Positions 60,580-64,000 of a DNA stretch of 64,000 nucleotides are shown one piece after another; positions within the stretch are counted from its first letter, which is position 1, and each line of letters begins with the position of its first letter. The DNA is from the human T2T-CHM13v2.0 reference genome, Homo sapiens, in NCBI RefSeq assembly GCF_009914755.1, contig NC_060936.1; one strand, written 5' to 3'. The notes below the pieces were generated by a model. That model was not told the origin of the DNA and did not search any database. It saw only the letters and a list, made by a program, of their open reading frames with translations. Position numbers and translations under genes: made by a program.

Positions 60580-61727
60580 ACTTTTTAAATTAATGGATAA
60601 AACTGTATGTATTTATCATGTACAACACGATATTCTGAAGTAGATATACACTGTGGAATGGTTAATTCTACTAACAAGTGCATTACCACACATAGCCATC
60701 ATTGTTGTGATGAGAACACTTAACATCCACTCCTTGAATTTTTCAGGAATACTATATATCCTCGTTAACTGTGGTCACCATGCTGTACAATAGATCCTTG
60801 AACGTATTTCTCCTAAATAATTATTTACTTTCACCAACATCTCCCCAGGCTTCCCCTCCCCATTAAACATCCCAGCCTTTGGTAACCATTCTACTCTCTA
60901 CTTCCATGAGATCAACTTTTTCAGCTCCCATATATGAGTGAAATTACACAGTATTTGTCTTCCTGTGTCTTGTTTATTTCACTTAACACAATGTCCTCCA
61001 GGTTCATCCATGTTGTAGAAAATGACAGGATTTCCTTATTTTTTAAGGCTGAATAGAATTTCATTGTGTACATATATACCACGTTTTCTTTATTCATTCA
61101 TATTTTGATAGACGCTTAGGTTGATTCCTTATCTTGGCTATTGTAAATAGCACTGCAATAAACATGGGTATGCAAACATCTCATTTTCTTTACTCAGTAA
61201 TGGGATTGCTGGATTATATGGTGGTTCTATTTTTAATTTTTTTTGAGGAACCTCCATAGTGTTTTCCATAATGGCTATAAATAGTTCATATTTCCACTAA
61301 CAGTGTATAAGGGTTTTCCTTTCTCCACATCCTTACCAACACTGATCTTCTGTCTTTTGAAAACAGCCATACTACCAGGAGTGGGATACTATCTTACTGT
61401 GGTTTTAATTTGCATTTCTCTGATGATGAGTGATGCTGAGCATTTTTTCATAGACCTGTTGGCCATTTGCATGTTTTCTTTGAAAAATGTCAGGTCTTTC
61501 ACCCATTTTTCAACCAAGTTACTTGCTTTCTTGCCATTGAGTTGTTGGAGTTCCTGATGTTTTTGAGGTATTAACTATTTATCAGATGTATAGTTTACAA
61601 ATATTTTCTCCCATTCTGTAGGTTGTCTCTTCACTCTGTTGACTGTTTCCCTTGCAGTGCAGAAGCTTTTTAGCTTGACATAATCCCATTTGTCTATTTT
61701 TGCTTTTGTTGTCCATGCTTTTGAGGC
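60580..61727 (-). mobile_element. L1MA-type 3' fragment (degenerate ORF2 end + 3'UTR)
   Basis: L1 motifs gcagaagctttttagcttg..atcccatttgtctattttt and tttgcatttctctgatga..gagcattttttcat. Confidence 0.88.
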
Positions 61728-62588
61728 AGGCAATTGAACTTTTAGCTTCAGTGTGAAAAAACATATATATAAGAAAATTTAGTACAATTTCTTCCTTAAA
61801 ACTACAAAGAGAGAAACTGTGGTTCCTATACAGTGCATTTCTTGGCAAAGAAATGAAAAGAAATCCTGTAACAAGAAAGATTACTATTAATGTTAATATT
61901 ATACATTTTTTCCAACCCCACAAGTGTGTTGTATCTACTAAGAGAATCTTAGTTTTACAACATGGAATGTAGTAAAATATCAAAGACACATTAAGCAAGA
62001 TATATGTGTGAAAAAAGTCTATACAAGGAGGTAGTTTAAAGGATCTTTACATTAAAAATTTTTTAAATGCTTTCAAGGTTCTCTCCTTGTCAGAAGGATC
62101 AAATACTTAACACAAGGCCTTTACAAGTTAGATTACTATATTGAAGGGGTTGATAACACTAAAATAAGTTTATAATCTTTATCTATTAATATATGCACCC
62201 CCTCCTTTAGTCCACACCAGCCCCAGAACAACAAAATTCCAATACATGAAAGATATAGTATACTTTGTTGACAAAGAACTAATTGACTAAAGGTATTAAG
62301 ACCAGAGTAAACATCTGAACAATTTGGAACACAGTCTAAGGGGAGAGGGGTTATAATTTAATTTTTCCAAACAGGACTGGAAGGCTCTAGGAGCAAGCAA
62401 TGGAATGCAACACCGACACCAAACTTCTCACCCACCTGCACTCAAGCTCAAGCTCACAATAGTAATATTCCATAATTTAATCTATTTTAAATCTCTTAGT
62501 ACTAAAATAAATAAAATTAGAATGCTGAACTACATTCTCCTGAAGATAATTTCAAAATGGCTCACAGAATAAATTCAAAGTGACTTAT

Positions 62589-63345
<757 letters not shown>

Positions 63346-63834
63346 AACAAAGTGACTTACAAGAAAGTGCTTTATCTTTCAGTTAAAATACACATGAAAA
63401 AATACTGGAAAAGGCCTACATGTATAAGAAAGGGACAGACTGGCTTAAGTAACTTATAAATTATGATAAATCCTGCAACATGGTATGCAACATTTAAAAA
63501 CGATGGTGTAAAAATATACTTATTGACAGCCAAGGATGGTCATGATATATTGAGAATAAAGTCAAGTCTCAGAACAGCTAGGTAAAATAGAACCTCAAAC
63601 ACCCACAGGCATACAAACACATACGATGGATATGTATAAAACATAGTAATAGTTTTACTTAGGTAATTAAACGTAATTGTCATACTCTTTTCCATAACCT
63701 TGGAAATTATGAAAAATATTAATATAAGGTCATGACATACATTCAGACCCAGGAACTATTACCAGGTCCTACTGTACTCCTTCTTCTCAGGACCATTATA
63801 AAAGTTTGGGTGGGCAAAGGTTAAGAAGATGAGA

Positions 63835-64000
63835 ACTGGGCACAGTGGCTCATGCCTGTTATCCTAGCACTTTGGGAGGCCAAGGCGGGCAGATCACCTG
63901 AGGTCAAGAATTCGAGAACTACTTGGCCAACATGGTGAAACCCCATCTCTACTAAAAATACAAAACTTAGCTGGGCGTGGTGGTGCATGCCTGTAATCCC
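63835..64000 (+). mobile_element. Alu cut by the window edge
   Basis: Alu consensus. Confidence 0.9.

Noticed and set aside
61582-61998. 138-aa minus-strand ORF
   Set aside because: Unique AT-rich DNA running into degenerate L1 sequence.

Overview
Human (primate) genomic DNA holding most of DUSP16 (MKP-7, a JNK/p38 MAP-kinase phosphatase) on the minus strand. Six GT-AG coding exons can be read directly (52039-52266, 51030-51168, 31690-31853, 18199-18358, 11394-11517, 8004-9186). Together they give 1998 nt = 665 aa + stop, followed by a multi-kb 3'UTR. The non-coding first exon and promoter are not seen and presumably lie beyond the right edge. The left ~2.4 kb probably holds the 3' end of the convergent neighbour BORCS5, and a solo LTR12 sits in the gap. 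The rest is intron rich in Alu, L2, MIR, L1 and hAT MER elements. Most notable observations: (i) exon 4 begins with the same GTGGGT hexamer as its own donor, so the exon3/4 junction rebuilds a 5' splice site (candidate recursive, EJC-guarded exon whose loss removes the catalytic domain); (ii) exons 2-3 are flanked by inverted Alus, and the 732-nt circle would encode a 139-aa docking-only protein; (iii) a chain of stop/start-overlapping uORFs; (iv) an L1 3' transduction; (v) a locally templated fold-back insertion splitting an Alu; (vi) a young AluYb8. Repeat boundaries and subfamilies are by eye and approximate.
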